Origin: Octopus sinensis
Taxonomy: Eukaryota
Direction of reading: 5' to 3'
Assembly (NCBI RefSeq): GCF_006345805.1
Contig: NC_043014.1
Location: forward strand, 17,360,001-17,424,000
Length of the DNA stretch: 64,000 bases
A model generated the notes under the pieces. That model was given only the letters and a program-made list of their open reading frames with translations, made no database searches and was not told the origin of the DNA. Numbering within the stretch: position 1 is the first letter of the stretch; every line of letters begins with the position of its first letter. The translations under genes were made by a program, and so were the position numbers. Positions 15,101 to 29,759 of the stretch are shown here, piece after piece.

Positions 15101-18100
15101 CGAGATTGCTGAACAACGGGCATTCCGCAATACACAGAACGCTGCTGCTTCTAACAATGCGAGAGCCTCCGAGTTGCTGAACAACGGGCATTCCGCAATA
15201 CAGAGAACGCTGCTGCTTCTAACAATGCGTGAGCCTCAGTGATTGCTGAACAACGGGCATTCCGCAATACACAGAACGCTGCTGCTTCTAACAATGCGTT
15301 AGCCTCCCAGATTGCTGAACAACGGGCATTCCGCAATACACAGAACGCTGCTGCTTCTAACAATGCGTGAGCCTTAGAGAGTGCTGAACAACGGGCATTC
15401 CGCAATACACAGAACGCTGCTGCTTCTAACAATGCGGAGCCTCAGAGATTGCTGAACAACGGGCATTCCGCAATACACAGAACGCTGCTGCTTCTAACAA
15501 TGCGTGAGCCTCAGTGATTGCTGAACAACGGGCATTCCGCAATACACAGAACGCTGCTGCTTCTAACAATGCGTGAGCCTCCGAGATTGCTGAACAACGG
15601 GCATTCCGCAATACACAGAACGCTGCTGCTTCTAACAATGCGTGAGCCTCAGAGATTGCTGAACAACGGGCATTCCGCAATACACAGAACGCTGCTGCTT
15701 CTAACAATGCGTGAGCCTCAGAGATTGCTGAACAACGGGCATTCCGCAATACACAGAACGCTGCTGCTTCTAACAATGCGTGAGCCTCAGAGATTGCTGA
15801 ACAACGGGCATTCCGCAATACACAGAACGCTGCTGCTTCTAACAATGCGTGAGCCTCAGAGATTCTGAACAACGGGCATTCCGCAATACACAGAACGCTG
15901 CTGCTTCTAACAATGCGAGAGCCTCGAGTTTGCTGAACAACGGGCATTCCGCAATACACAGAACGCTGCTGCTTCTAACAATGCGTGAGCCTCAGAGATT
16001 GCTGAACAACGGGCATTCCGCAATACACAGAACGCTGCTGCTTCTAACAATGCGTGAGCCTCAGTGATTCTGAACAACGGGCATTCCGCAATACCAGAAC
16101 GCTGCTGCTTCTAACAATGCGAGAGCCTCCGAGATTGCTGAACAACGGGCATTCCGCAATACACAGAACGCTGCTGCTTCTAACAATGCGTGAGCCTCAG
16201 AGATTGCTGAACAACGGGCATTCCGCAATACACAGAACGCTGCTGCTTCTAACAATGCGTGAGCCTCAGAGATTGCTGAACAACGGGCATTCCGCAATAC
16301 ACAGAACGCTGCTGCTTCTAACAATGCGTGAGCCTCAGTGATTTCTGAACAACGGGCATTCCGCAATACACAGAACGCTGCTGCTTCTAACAATGCGAGA
16401 GCCTCCGAGTTTGCTGAACAACGGGCATTCCGCAATACACAGAACGCTGCTGCTTCTAACAATGCGTGAGCCTCAGAGTTTGCTGAACAACGGGCATTCC
16501 GCAATACACAGAACGCTGCTGCTTCTAACAATGCGTGAGCCTCAGAGATTGCTGAACAACGGGCATTCCGCAATACACAGAACGCTGCTGCTTCTAACAA
16601 TGCGTGAGCCTCAGAGATTGCTGAACAACGGGCATTCCGCAATACACAGAACGCTGCTGCTTCTAACAATGCGTGAGCCTCAGTGATTTCTGAACAACGG
16701 GCATTCCGCAATACACAGAACGCTGCTGCTTCTAACAATGCGAGAGCCTCAGAGATTGCTGAACAACGGGCATTCCGCAATACACAGAACGCTGCTGCTT
16801 CTAACAATGCGTGAGCCTCAGAGATTGCTGAACAACGGGCATTCCGCAATACACAGAACGCTGCTGCTTCTAACAATGCGTGAGCCTCAGAGATTTGAAC
16901 AACGGGCATTCCGCAATACACAGAACGCTGCTGCTTCTAACAATGCGTGAGCCTCAGATTGCTGAACAACGGGCATTCCGCAATACACAGAACGCTGCTG
17001 CTTCTAACAATGCGAGAGCCTCAGAGATTGCTGAACAACGGGCATTCCGCAATACACAGAACGCTGCTGCTTCTAACAATGCGTGAGCCTCAGAGATTGC
17101 TGAACAACGGGCATTCCGCAATACACAGAACGCTGCTGCTTCTAACAATGCGAGAGCCTCAGAGATTGCTGAACAACGGGCATTCCGCAATACACAGAAC
17201 GCTGCTGCTTCTAACAATGCGTGAGCCTCAGAGATTGCTGAACAACGGGCATTCCGCAATACACAGAACGCTGCTGCTTCTAACAATGCGTGAGCCTCAG
17301 AGATTGCTGAACAACGGGCATTCCGCAATACACAGAACGCTGCTGCTTCTAACAATGCGAGAGCCTCCGAGTTTGCTGAACAACGGGCATTCCGCAATAC
17401 ACAGAACGCTGCTGCTTCTAACAATGCGAGAGCCTCCGAGTTTGCTGAACAACGGGCATTCCGCAATACACAGAACGCTGCTGCTTCTAACAATGCGTGA
17501 GCCTCAGTGATTTGAACAACGGGCATTCCGCAATACACAGAACGCTGCTGCTTCTAACAATGCGTGAGCCTCCAGATTGCTGAACAACGGGCATTCCGCA
17601 ATACACAGAACGCTGCTGCTTTTAACAATGCGAGAGCCTCAGAGATTGCTGAACAACGGGCATTCCGCAATACACAGAACGCTGCTGCTTCTAACAATGC
17701 GTGAGCCTCAGAGATTGCTGAACAACGGGCATTCCGCAATACACAGAACGCTGCTGCTTCTAACAATGCGAGAGCCTCCGAGTTTGCTGAACAACGGGCA
17801 TTCCGCAATACAGAGAACGCTGCTGCTTCTAACAATGCGAGAGCCTCCGAGTTTGCTGAACAACGGGCATTCCGCAATACAGAGAACGCTGCTTCTTCTA
17901 ACAATGCGTGAGCCTCAGTGATTGCTGAACAACGGGCATTCCGCAATACACAGAACGCTGCTGCTTCTAACAATGCGAGAGCCTCAGAGATTGCTGAACA
18001 ACGTTCATTCCGCAATACACAGAACGCTGCTGCTTCTAACAATGCGTGAGCCTCAGAGATTGCTGAACAACGGGCATTCCGCAATACACAGAACGCTGCT

Positions 18101-21084
18101 GCTTCTAACAATGCGTGAGCCTCAGAGATTGCTGAACAACGGGCATTCCGCAATACAGAGAACGCTGCTGCTTCTAACAATGCGTGAGCCTCAGAGATTG
18201 CTTAACAACGGGCATTCCGCAATACACAGAACGCTGCTGCTTCTAACAATGCGAGAGCCTCCATGATTGCTAAACAACGGTCATTCCGCAATACACAGAA
18301 CGCTGCTGCTTCTAACAATGCGTGAGCCTCAGAGATTGCTGAACAACGGGCACTCCGCAATACACTGAACGCTGCTGCTTCTAACAATGCGAGAGCCTCC
18401 GAGTTTGCTGAACAACTGGCATTCCGCAATACACAGAACGCTGCTGCTTCTAACAATGCGTGAGCCTCGAGATTGCTGAACAACGGGCATTCCGCAATAC
18501 ACAGAACGCTGCTGCTTCTAACAATGCGTGAGCCTCAGAGATTGCTGAACAACGGGCATTCCGCAATACACAGAACGCTGCTGCTTCTAACAATGCGAGA
18601 GCCTCAGAGATTGCTGAACAACGGGCATTCCGCAATACACAGAACGCTGCTGCTTCTAACAATGCGTGAGCCTCCGAGATTGCTGAACAACGGGCATTCC
18701 GCAATACACAGAACGCTGCTGCTTCTAACAATGCGTGAGCCTCAGAGATTGCTGAACAACGGGCATTCCGCAATACACAGAACGCTGCTGCTTCTAACAA
18801 TGCGTGAGCCTCAGAGATTGCTGAACAACGGGCATTCCGCAATACACAGAACGCTGCTGCTTCTAACAATGCGAGAGCCTCAGAGATTGCTGAACAACGG
18901 GCATTCCGCAATACACAGAACGCTGCTGCTTCTAACAATGCGTGAGCCTCAGTGATTGCTGAACAACGGGCATTCCGCAATACACAGTACGCTGCTCCTT
19001 CTAACAATGCGTGAGCCTCCGGGATTGCTGAACAACGGGCATTCCACAATACACAGAACGCTGCTGCTTCTAACAATGCGACAGCCTCAGAGATTGCTGA
19101 ACAACGGGCATTCCGCAATACACAGAACGCTGCTGCTTCTAACAATGCGTGAGCCTCCATGATTGCTGAACAACGGTCATTCCGTAATACACAGAACGCT
19201 GCTGCTTCTAACAATGCGTGAGCCTCAGAGATTGCTGAACAACGGGCACTCCGCAATACACAGAACGCTGCTGCTTCTAACAATGCGAGAGCCTCCGAGA
19301 TTGCTGAACAACGGGCATTCCGCAATACACGGAACGCTGCTGCTTCTAACAATGCGTGAGCCTCGAGATTGCTGAACAACGGGCATTCCGCAATACACAG
19401 AACGCTGCTGCTTCTAACAATGCGAGAGCCTCAGAGATTGCTGAACAACGGGCATTCCGCAATACACAGAACGCTGCTGCTTCTAACAATGCGAGAGCCT
19501 CAGAGATTGCTGAACAACGGGCATTCCGCAATACACAGAACGCTGCTGCTTCTAACAATGCGTGAGCCTCCGAGATTGCTGAACAACGGGCATTCCGCAA
19601 TACACAGAACGCTGCTGCTTCTAACAATGCGTGAGCCTCAGTGATTTTGAACAACGGGCATTCCGCAATACACAGAACGCTGCTGCTTCTAACAATGCGT
19701 GAGCCTCAGAGATTGCTGAACAACGGGCATTCCGCAATACACAGAACGCTGCTGCTTCTAACAATGCGTGAGCCTCAGAGATTGCTGAACAACGGGCATT
19801 CCGCAATACACAGAACGCTGCTGCTTCTAACAATGCGAGAGCCTCAGAGATTGCTGAACAACGGGCATTCCGCAATACACAGAACGCTGCTGCTTCTAAC
19901 AATGCGTGAGCCTCAGTGATTGCTGAACAACGGGCATTCCGCAATACACAGAACGCTGCTGCTTCTAACAATGCGTGAGCCTCGAGATTGCTGAACAACG
20001 GGCATTCCGCAATACAGAGAACGCTGCTGCTTCTAACAATGCGTGAGCCTCAGAGATTGCTGAACAACGGGCATTCCGCAATACACAGAACGCTGCTGCT
20101 TCTAACAATGCGTGAGCCTCAGAGATTGCTGAACAACGGGCATTCCGCAATACACAGAACGCTGCTGCTTCTAACAATGCGTGAGCCTCAGAGATTGCTG
20201 AACAACGGGCATTCCGCAATACACAGAACGCTGCTGCTTCTAACAATGCGTGAGCCTCAGTGATTCTGAACAACGGGCATTCCGCAATACACAGAACGCT
20301 GCTGCTTCTAACAATGCGAGAGCCTCCGAGTTTGCTGAACAACGGGCATTCCGCAATACACAGAACGCTGCTGCTTCTAACAATGCGTGAGCCTCAGAGA
20401 TTGCTGAACAACGGGCATTCCGCAATACACAGAACGCTGCTGCTTCTAACAATGCGTGAGCCTCAGTGATTTCTGAACAACGGGCATTCCGCAATACCGA
20501 GAACGCTGCTGCTTCTAACAATGCGAGAGCCTCCGAGTTTGCTGTACAACGGGCATTCCGCAATACACAGAACGCTGCTGCTTCTAACAATGCGTGAGCC
20601 TCAGAGATTGCTGAACAACGGGCATTCCGCAATACACAGAACGCTACTGCTTCTAGCAATGCGTGAGCCTCAGAGATTGCTGAACAACGGGCATTCCGCA
20701 ATACACAGAACGCTGCTGCTTCTAACAATGCGTGAGCCTCAGTGATTTCTGAACAACGGGCATTCCGCAATACCGAGAACGCTGCTGCTTCTAACAATGC
20801 GAGAGCCTCCGAGTTTGCTGTACAACGGGCATTCCGCAATACACAGAACGCTGCTGCTTCTAACAATGCGTGAGCCTCAGAGTTTGCTGAACAACGGGCA
20901 TTCCGCAATACACAGAACGCTGCTGCTTCTAACAATGCGTGAGCCTCAGAGATTGCTGAACAACGGGCATTCCGCAATACACAGAACGCTGCTGCTTCTA
21001 ACAATGCGTGAGCCTCAGAGATTGCTGAACAACGGGCATTCCGCAATACACAGAACGCTGCTGCTTCTAACAATGCGTGAGCCT

Positions 21085-21634
21085 CAGTGATTTCTGAACA
21101 ACGGGCATTCCGCAATACAGAGAACGCTGCTGTTTCTCACAATGCGAGAGCCTCAGAGATTGCTGAACAACGGGCATTCCGCAATACACAGAACGCTGCT
21201 GCTTCTAACAATGCCTGAGCCTCAGAGATTGCTGAACAACGGGCATTCCGCAATACACAGAACGCTACTGCTTCTAGCAATGCGTGAGCCTCAGAGATTG
21301 CTGAACAACGGGCATTCCGCAATACACAGAACGCTGCTGCTTCTAACAATGCGTGAGCCTCAGTGATTTCTGAACAACGGGCATTCCGCAATACCGAGAA
21401 CGCTGCTGCTTCTAACAATGCGAGAGCCTCCGAGTTTGCTATACAACGGGCATTCCGCAGTACACAGATCTCTGCCGCTTCTAACAATGCGTGAGCCTCC
21501 GAGATTGCTGAACAACGGGAATTCCGCAATACACAGAACGCTGCTGCTTCTAACAATGCGTGAGCCTCAGTGCTTTTTGAACAACGGGCATTCCGCAATA
21601 CACAGAACGCTGCTGCTTCTAACAATGCGTTAGC
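21085..21634. repeat. A cassette, copy 3 of 3 (offset about 9488 from copy 2)
   Basis: Same ordered alleles; AATGCCTGAG at 21210 and GCTATACAAC at 21438. Confidence 0.88.
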
Positions 21635-24600
21635 CTCCCAGATTGCTGAACAACGGGCATTCCGCAATACACAGAACGCTGCTGCTTTAACAATGCGAGA
21701 GCCTCAGAGATTGCTGAACAACGGGCATTCCGCAATACACAGAACGCTGCTGCTTCTAACAATGCGTGAGCCTCGAGATTGCTGAACAACGGGCATTCCG
21801 CAATACACAGAACGCTGCTGCTTCTAACAATGCGAAGCCTCAGAGATTGCTGAACAACGGGCATTCCGCAATACACAGAACGCTGCTGCTTCTAACAATG
21901 CGTGAGCCTCAGAGATTGTTGAACAACGGGCATTCCGCAATACACAGAACGCTGCTGCTTCTAACAATACGTGAGCCTCAGAGATTGCTGAACAACGGGC
22001 ATTCCGCAATACACAGAACGCTGCTGCTTCTAACAATGCGAGAGCCTCCGAGTTTGCTGAACAACGGGCATTCCGCAATACAGAGAACGCTGCTGCTTCT
22101 AACAATGCGAGAGCCTCCGAGTTTGCTGAACAACGGGCATTCCGCAATACAGAGAACGCTGCTGCTTCTAACAATGCGTGAGCCTCAGTGATTTTTGAAC
22201 AACGGGCATTCCGCAATACACAGAACGCTGCTGCTTCTAACAATGCGTAGCCTCCAGATTGCTGAACAACGGGCATTCCGCAATACACAGAACGCTGCTG
22301 CTTTTAACAATGCGAGAGCCTCAGAGATTGCTGAACAACGGGCATTCCGCAATACACAGAACGCTGCTGCTTCTAACAATGCGTGAGCCTCAGAGATTGC
22401 TGAACAACGGGCATTCCGCAATACACAGAACGCTGCTGCTTCTAACAATGCGAGAGCCTCCGAGTCTGCTGAAAAACGGGCATTCCGCAATACACAGAAC
22501 GCTGCTGCTTCTAACAATGCGACAGCCTCAGAGATTGCTGAACAACGGGCATTCCGCAATACACAGAACGCTGCTGCTTCTAACAATGCGTGAGCCTCCA
22601 TGATTGCTGAACAACCGTCATTCCGCAATACACAGAACGCTGCTGCTTCTAACAATGCGTGAGCCTCCGAGATTGCTGAAAAACGGGCATTCCGCAATAC
22701 ACAGAACGCTGCTGCTTCTAACAATGCGAGCCTCAGAGATTGCTGAACAACGGGCATTCCGCAATACACAGAACGCTGCTGCTTCTAACAATGCGTGAGC
22801 CTCAGAGATTGCTGAACAACGGGCATTCCGCAATACACAGAACGCTGCTGCTTCTAACAATGCGTGAGCCTCAGAGATTGCTGAACAACGGGCATTCCGC
22901 AATACACAGAACGCTGCTGCTTCTAACAATGCGTGAGCCTCAGAGATTGCTGAACAACGGGCATTCCGCAATACACAGAACGCTGCTGCTTCTAACAATG
23001 CGTGAGCCTCCAGATTGCTGAACAACGGGCATTCCGCAATACACAGAACGCTGCTGCTTCTAACAATGCGTGAGCCTCAGAGATTGCTGAACAACGGGCA
23101 TTCCGCAATACACAGAACGCTGCTGCTTCTAACAATGCGAGAGCCTCCAGATTTGCTGAACAACGGGCATTCCGCAATACACAGAACGCTGCTGCTTCTA
23201 ACAATGCGTGAGCCTCAGAGATTGCTGAACAACGGGCATTCCGCAATACACAGAACGCTGCTGCTTCTAACAATGCGAGAGCCTCAGAGATTGCTGAACA
23301 ACGGGCATTCCGCAATACACAGAACGCTGCTGCTTCTCACAATGCGAGAACCTCAGAGATTGCTGAACAACGGGCATTCCGCAATACACAGATATCTGCT
23401 GCTTCTAACAATGCGTGAGCCTCCGAGATTGCTGAACAACTGGAATTCCGCAATACACAGAACGCTGCTTCTTCTAACAGTGCGTGAGCCTCAGTGATTG
23501 CTGAAGAACGGGCATACCGCAATACACAGAACGCTGCTGCTTCTAACAATGCATGAGACTCAGAGAGTGCTGAACAACGGGCATTCCGCAATACACAGAA
23601 CGCTGCTGCTTCTAACAATGCGAGAGCCTCAGATATTGCTGAACAACGTTCATTCCGCAATACACAGAACGCTGCTGCTTCTAACAATGCGTGAGCCTCA
23701 GTGATTGCTGAACAACGGGCATTCCGCAATACACAGAACGCTGCTGCTTCTAACAATGCGAGAGCCTCAGAGATTGCTGAACAACGGGCATTCCGCAATA
23801 CACAGAACGCTGCTGCTTCTAACAATGCGTGAGCCTCATGATTGCTGAACAACGGGCATTCCGCAATACACAGAACGCTGCTGCTTCTAACAATGCGTGA
23901 GCCTCAGAGATTGCTGAACAACGGGCATTCCGCAATACACAGAACGCTGCTGCTTCTAACAATGCGAGAGCCTCCGAGATTGCTGAACAACGGGCATTCC
24001 GCAATACACAGAACGCTGCTGCTTCTAACAATGCGTGAGCCTCGAGATTGCTGAACAACGGGCATTCCGCAATACACAGAACGCTGCTGCTTCTAACAAT
24101 GCGAGAGCCTCAGAGATTGCTGAACAACGGGCATTCCGCAATAACAGAACGCTGCTGCTTCTAACAATGCGAGAGCCTCAGAGATTGCTGAACAACGGGC
24201 ATTCCGCAATACACAGAACGCTGCTGCTTCTAACAATGCGTGAGCCTCCGAGATTGCTGAACAACGGGCATTCCGCAATACACAGAACGCTGCTGCTTCT
24301 AACAATGCGTGAGCCTCAGAGATTGCTGAACAACGGGCATTCCGCAATACACAGAACGCTGCTGCTTCTAACAATGCGTGAGCCTCAGATTGCTGAACAA
24401 CGGGCATTCCGCAATACACAGAACGCTGCTGCTTTAACAATGCGAGAGCCTCAGAGATTGCTGAACAACGGGCATTCCGCAATACACAGAACGCTGCTGC
24501 TTCTAACAATGCGAGAGCCTCAGAGATTGCTGAACAACGGGCATTCCGCAATACAGAGAACGCTGCTGCTTCTAACAATGCGTGAGCCTCCGAGATTGCT

Positions 24601-27600
24601 GAACAACGGGCATTCCGCAATACACAGAACGCTGCTGCTTCTAACAATGCGTGAGCCTCAGTGATTTTTGAACAACGGGCATTCCGCAATACACAGAACG
24701 CTGCTGCTTCTAACAATGCGTGAGCCTCCAGATTGCTGAACAACGGGCATTCCGCAATACACAGAACGCTGCTGCTTCTAACAATGCGTGAGCCTCCCAG
24801 ATTGCTGAACAACGGGCATTCCGCAATACACAGAACGCTGCTGCTTTTAACAATGCGAGAGCCTCAGAGATTGCTGAACAACGGGCATTCCGCAATACAC
24901 AGAACGCTGCTGCTTCTAACAATGCGTGAGCCTCAGAGATTGCTGAACAACGGGCATTCCGCAATACACAGAACGCTGCTGCTTCTAACAATGCGTGAGC
25001 CTCAGAGATTGCTGAACAACGGGCATTCCGCAATACACAGAACGCTGCTGCTTCTAACAATGCGAGAGCCTCCGAGTTTGCTGAACAACGGGCATTCCGC
25101 AATACAGAGAACGCTGCTGCTTCTAACAATGCGAGAGCCTCAGAGTTGCTGAACAACGGGCATTCCGCAAACACAGAACGCTGCTGCTTCTAACAATGCG
25201 TGAGCCTCAGAGATTGCTGAACAACGGGCATTCCGCAATACACAGAACGCTGCTGCTTCTAACAATGCGAGAGCCTCAGAGTTTGCTGAACAACGGGCAT
25301 TCCGCAATACACAGAACGCTGCTGCTTCTAACAATGCGAGAGCCTCAGAGATTGCTGAACAACGGGCATTCCGCAATACACAGAACGCTGCTGCTTCTAA
25401 CAATGCGTGAGCCTCAGAGATTGCTGAACAACGGGCATTCCGCAATACACAGAACGCTGCTGCTTCTAACAATGCGAGAGCCTCGAGTTGCTGAACAACG
25501 GGCATTCCGCAATACACAGAACGCTGCTGCTTCTAACAATGCGTGAGCCTCAGAGATTGCTGAACAACGGGCATTCCGCAATACACAGAACGCTGCTGCT
25601 TCTAACAATGCGTGAGCCTCCAGATTGCTGAACAACGGGCATTCCGCAATACACAGAACGCTGCTGCTTCTAACAATGCGTGAGCCTCAGAGATTGCTGA
25701 ACAACGGGCATTCCGCAATACACAGAACGCTGCTGCTTCTAACAATGCGTGAGCCTCAGAGATTGCTGAACAACGGGCATTCCGCAATACACAGAACGCT
25801 GCTGCTTCTAACAATGCGTGAGCCTCAGAGATTGCTGAACAACGGGCATTCCGCAATACACAGAACGCTGCTGCTTCTAACAATGCGTGAGCCTCGAGAT
25901 TGCTGAACAACGGGCATTCCGCAATACACAGAACGCTGCTGCTTCTAACAATGCGTGAGCCTCAGTGATTTTTGAACAACGGGCATTCCGCAATACACAG
26001 AACGCTGCTGCTTCTAACAATGCGAGCCTCAGAGATTGCTGAACAACGGGCATTCCGCAATACACAGAACGCTGCTGCTTTAACAATGCGAGAGCCTCAG
26101 AGATTGCTGAACAACGGGCATTCCGCAATACACAGAACGCTGCTGCTTCTAACAATGCGAGAGCCTCAGAGATTGCTGAACAACGGGCATTCCGCAATAC
26201 ACAGAACGCTGCTGCTTCTAACAATGCGTGAGCCTCGAGATTGCTGAACAACGGGCATTCCGCAATACACAGAACGCTGCTGCTTCTAACAATGCGTGAG
26301 CCTCAGTGATTCTGAACAACGGGCATTCCGCAATACACAGAACGCTGCTGCTTCTAACAATGCGTGAGCCTCCCAGATTGCTGAACAACGGGCATTCCGC
26401 AATACACAGAACGCTGCTGCTTCTAACAATGCGTGAGCCCCAGATTGCTGAACAACGGGCATTCCGCAATACACAGAACGCTGCTGCTTCTAACAATGCG
26501 AGAGCCTCAGAGATTGCTGAACAACGGGCATTCCGCAATACACAGAACGCTGCTGCTTCTAACAATGCGTGAGCCTCAGAGATTGCTGAACAACGGGCAT
26601 TCCGCAATACACAGAACGCTGCTGCTTCTAACAATGCGTGAGCCTCAGAGATTGCTGAACAACGGGCATTCCGCAATACACAGAACGCTGCTGCTTCTAA
26701 CAATGCGAGAGCCTCGAGATTGCTGAACAACGGGCATTCCGCAATACACAGAACGCTGCTGCTTCTAACAATGCGAGAGCCTCAGAGTTTGCTGAACAAC
26801 GGGCATTCCGCAATACAGAGAACGCTGCTGCTTCTAACAATGCGTGAGCCTCAGAGATTGCTGAACAACGGGCATTCCGCAATACACAGAACGCTGCTGC
26901 TTCTAACAATGCGAGAGCCTCGAGTTGCTGAACAACGGGCATTCCGCAATACACAGAACGCTGCTGCTTCTAACAATGCGAGAGCCTCAGAGATTGCTGA
27001 ACAACGGGCATTCCGCAATACACAGAACGCTGCTGCTTCTAACAATGCGTGAGCCTCAGAGATTGCTGAACAACGGGCATTCCGCAATACACAGAACGCT
27101 GCTGCTTCTAACAATGCGAGAGCCTCGAGTTTGCTGAACAACGGGCATTCCGCAATACACAGAACGCTGCTGCTTCTAACAATGCGAGAGCCTCCGAGAT
27201 TGCTGAACAACGGGCATTCCGCAATACACACAACGCTGCTGCTTTTAACAATGCGTGAGCCTAAGAGATTTCTGAACAACGGGCATTCCGCAAAACACAG
27301 AACGCTGCTGCTTCTAACAATGCGTGAGCCGCCGAGATTTCTGAACAACGGGCATTCCGCAATACACAGAACGCTGCTGCTTCTAACAATGCGAGAGCTT
27401 CAGAGTTTGCTGAACAACGGGCATTCCGCAATACCCAGAACGCTACTGGTTCTAACAATGCGAGAGCTTCAGAGTTTGCTGAACAACGGGCATTCCGCAA
27501 TACACAGAACGCTGCTGCTTCTAACAATGCGTGAGCCTCCGAGATTGCTGAACAACGGGCATTCCACAATACACAGAACGCTGCTGCTTCTAACAATGCG

Positions 27601-29759
27601 AGAGCCTCAGAGATTGCTGAACAACGGGCATTCCGCAATACACAGAACGCTGCTGCTTCTAACAATGCGTGAGCCTCAGAGATTGCTGAACAACGGGCAT
27701 TCCGCAATACACAGAACGCTGCTGCTTCTAACAATGCGTGAGCCTCAGAGATTGCTGAACAACGGGCATTCCGCAATACACAGAACGCTGCTGCTTCTAA
27801 CAATGCGTGAGCCTCAGAGATTGCTGAACAACGGGCATTCCGCAATACACAGAACGCTGCTGCTTCTAACAATGCGTGAGCCTCAGAGATTGCTGAACAA
27901 CGGGCATTCCGCAATACACAGAACGCTGCTGCTTCTAACAATGCGTGAGCCTCAGAGATTGCTGAACAACGGGCATTCCGCAATACACAGAACGCTGCTG
28001 CTTCTAACAATGCGTGAGCCTCAGAGATTGCTGAACAACGGGCATTCCGCAATACACAGAACGCTGCTGCTTCTAACAATGCGTGAGCCTCAGAGATTGC
28101 TGAACAACGGGCATTCCGCAATACACAGAGCGCTGCTGCTTCTAACAATGCGAAAGCCTCAGAGATTGCTGAACAACGGGCATTCCGCAATACACAGAAC
28201 GCTGCTGCTTCTAACAATGCGAGAGCCTCAGAGATTGCTGAACAACGGGCATTCCGCAATACACAGATCTCTGCTGCTTCTAACAATGCGTGAGCCTCCG
28301 AGGTTGCTGAACAACTGGAATTCCGCAATACACAGAACGCTGCTGCTTCTAACAATGCGTGAGCCTCAGTGATTTTTGAAAAACGGGCATTCCGCAATAC
28401 ACAGAACGCTGCTGCTTCTAACAATGCGTAGCCTCAAGATTGCTGAACAACGGGCATTCCGCAATACACAGAACGCTGCTGCTTTAACAATGCGAGAGCC
28501 TCAGAGATTGCTGAACAACGGGCATTCCGCAATACACAGAACGCTGCTGCTTCTAACAATGCGAGAGCCTCAGAGATTGCTGAACAACGGCATTCCGCAA
28601 TACGCAGAACGCTGCTGCTTCTAACAATGCGTGAGCCTCAGAGATTGTGAACAACGGGCATTCCGCAATACACAGAACGCTGCTGCTTCTAACAATGCGT
28701 GAGCCTCAGAGATTGCTGAACAACGGGCATTCCGCAATACACAGAACGCTGCTGCTTCTAACAATGCGAGAGCCTCCGAGTTTGCTGAACAACGGGCATT
28801 CCAATACAGGAACGCTGCTGCTTCTAACAATGCGAGAGCCTCCGAGTTTGCTGAACAACGGGCATTCCGCAATACAGAGAACGCTGCTGCTTCTAACAAT
28901 GCGTGAGCCTCAGTGATTTTGAACAACGGGCATTCCGCAATACACAGAACGCTGCTGCTTCTAACAATGCGAGCCTCCAGATTGCTGAACAACGGGCATT
29001 CCGCAATACACAGAACGCTGCTGCTTCTAACAATGCGAGAGCCTCAGAGATATGCTGAACAACGGGCATTCCGCAATACACAGAACGCTGCTGCTTCTAA
29101 CAATGCGTGAGCCTCAGAGATTGCTGAACAACGGGCATTCCGCAATACACAGAACGCTGCTGCTTCTAACAATGCGAGAGCCTCCGAGTTGCTGAACAAC
29201 GGGCATTCCACAATACACAGAACGCTGCTGCTTCTAACAATGCGTGAGCCTCAGTGATTGCTGAACAACGGGCATTCCGCAATACAGAGAACGCTGCTGC
29301 TTCTAACAATGCGTGAGCCTCAGAGATTGCTGAACAACGGGCATTCCGCAATACACAGAACGCTGCTGCTTCTAACAATGCGTGAGCCTCAGAGATTGCT
29401 GAACAACGGGCATTCCGCAATACACAGAACGCTGCTGCTTCTAGCAATGCGTGAGCCTCAGAGATTGCTGAACAACGGGCATTCCGCAATACACAGAACG
29501 CTGCTGCTTCTAACAATGCGAGAGCCTCCGAGTTTGCTGTACAACGGGCATTCCGCAATACACAGATCTCTGCCGCTTCTAACAATGCGTGAGCCTCAGA
29601 GATTGCTGAACAACGGTCATTCCGCAATTCACAGAACGCTGCTGCTTCTAGCAATGCGAGAGCCTCAGAGATTGCTGAACAACGTGCATTCCGCAATACA
29701 CAGAACGCTGCTGCTTCTAACAATGCGTGAGACTCAGAGATTGCTGAACAACGGGCATT

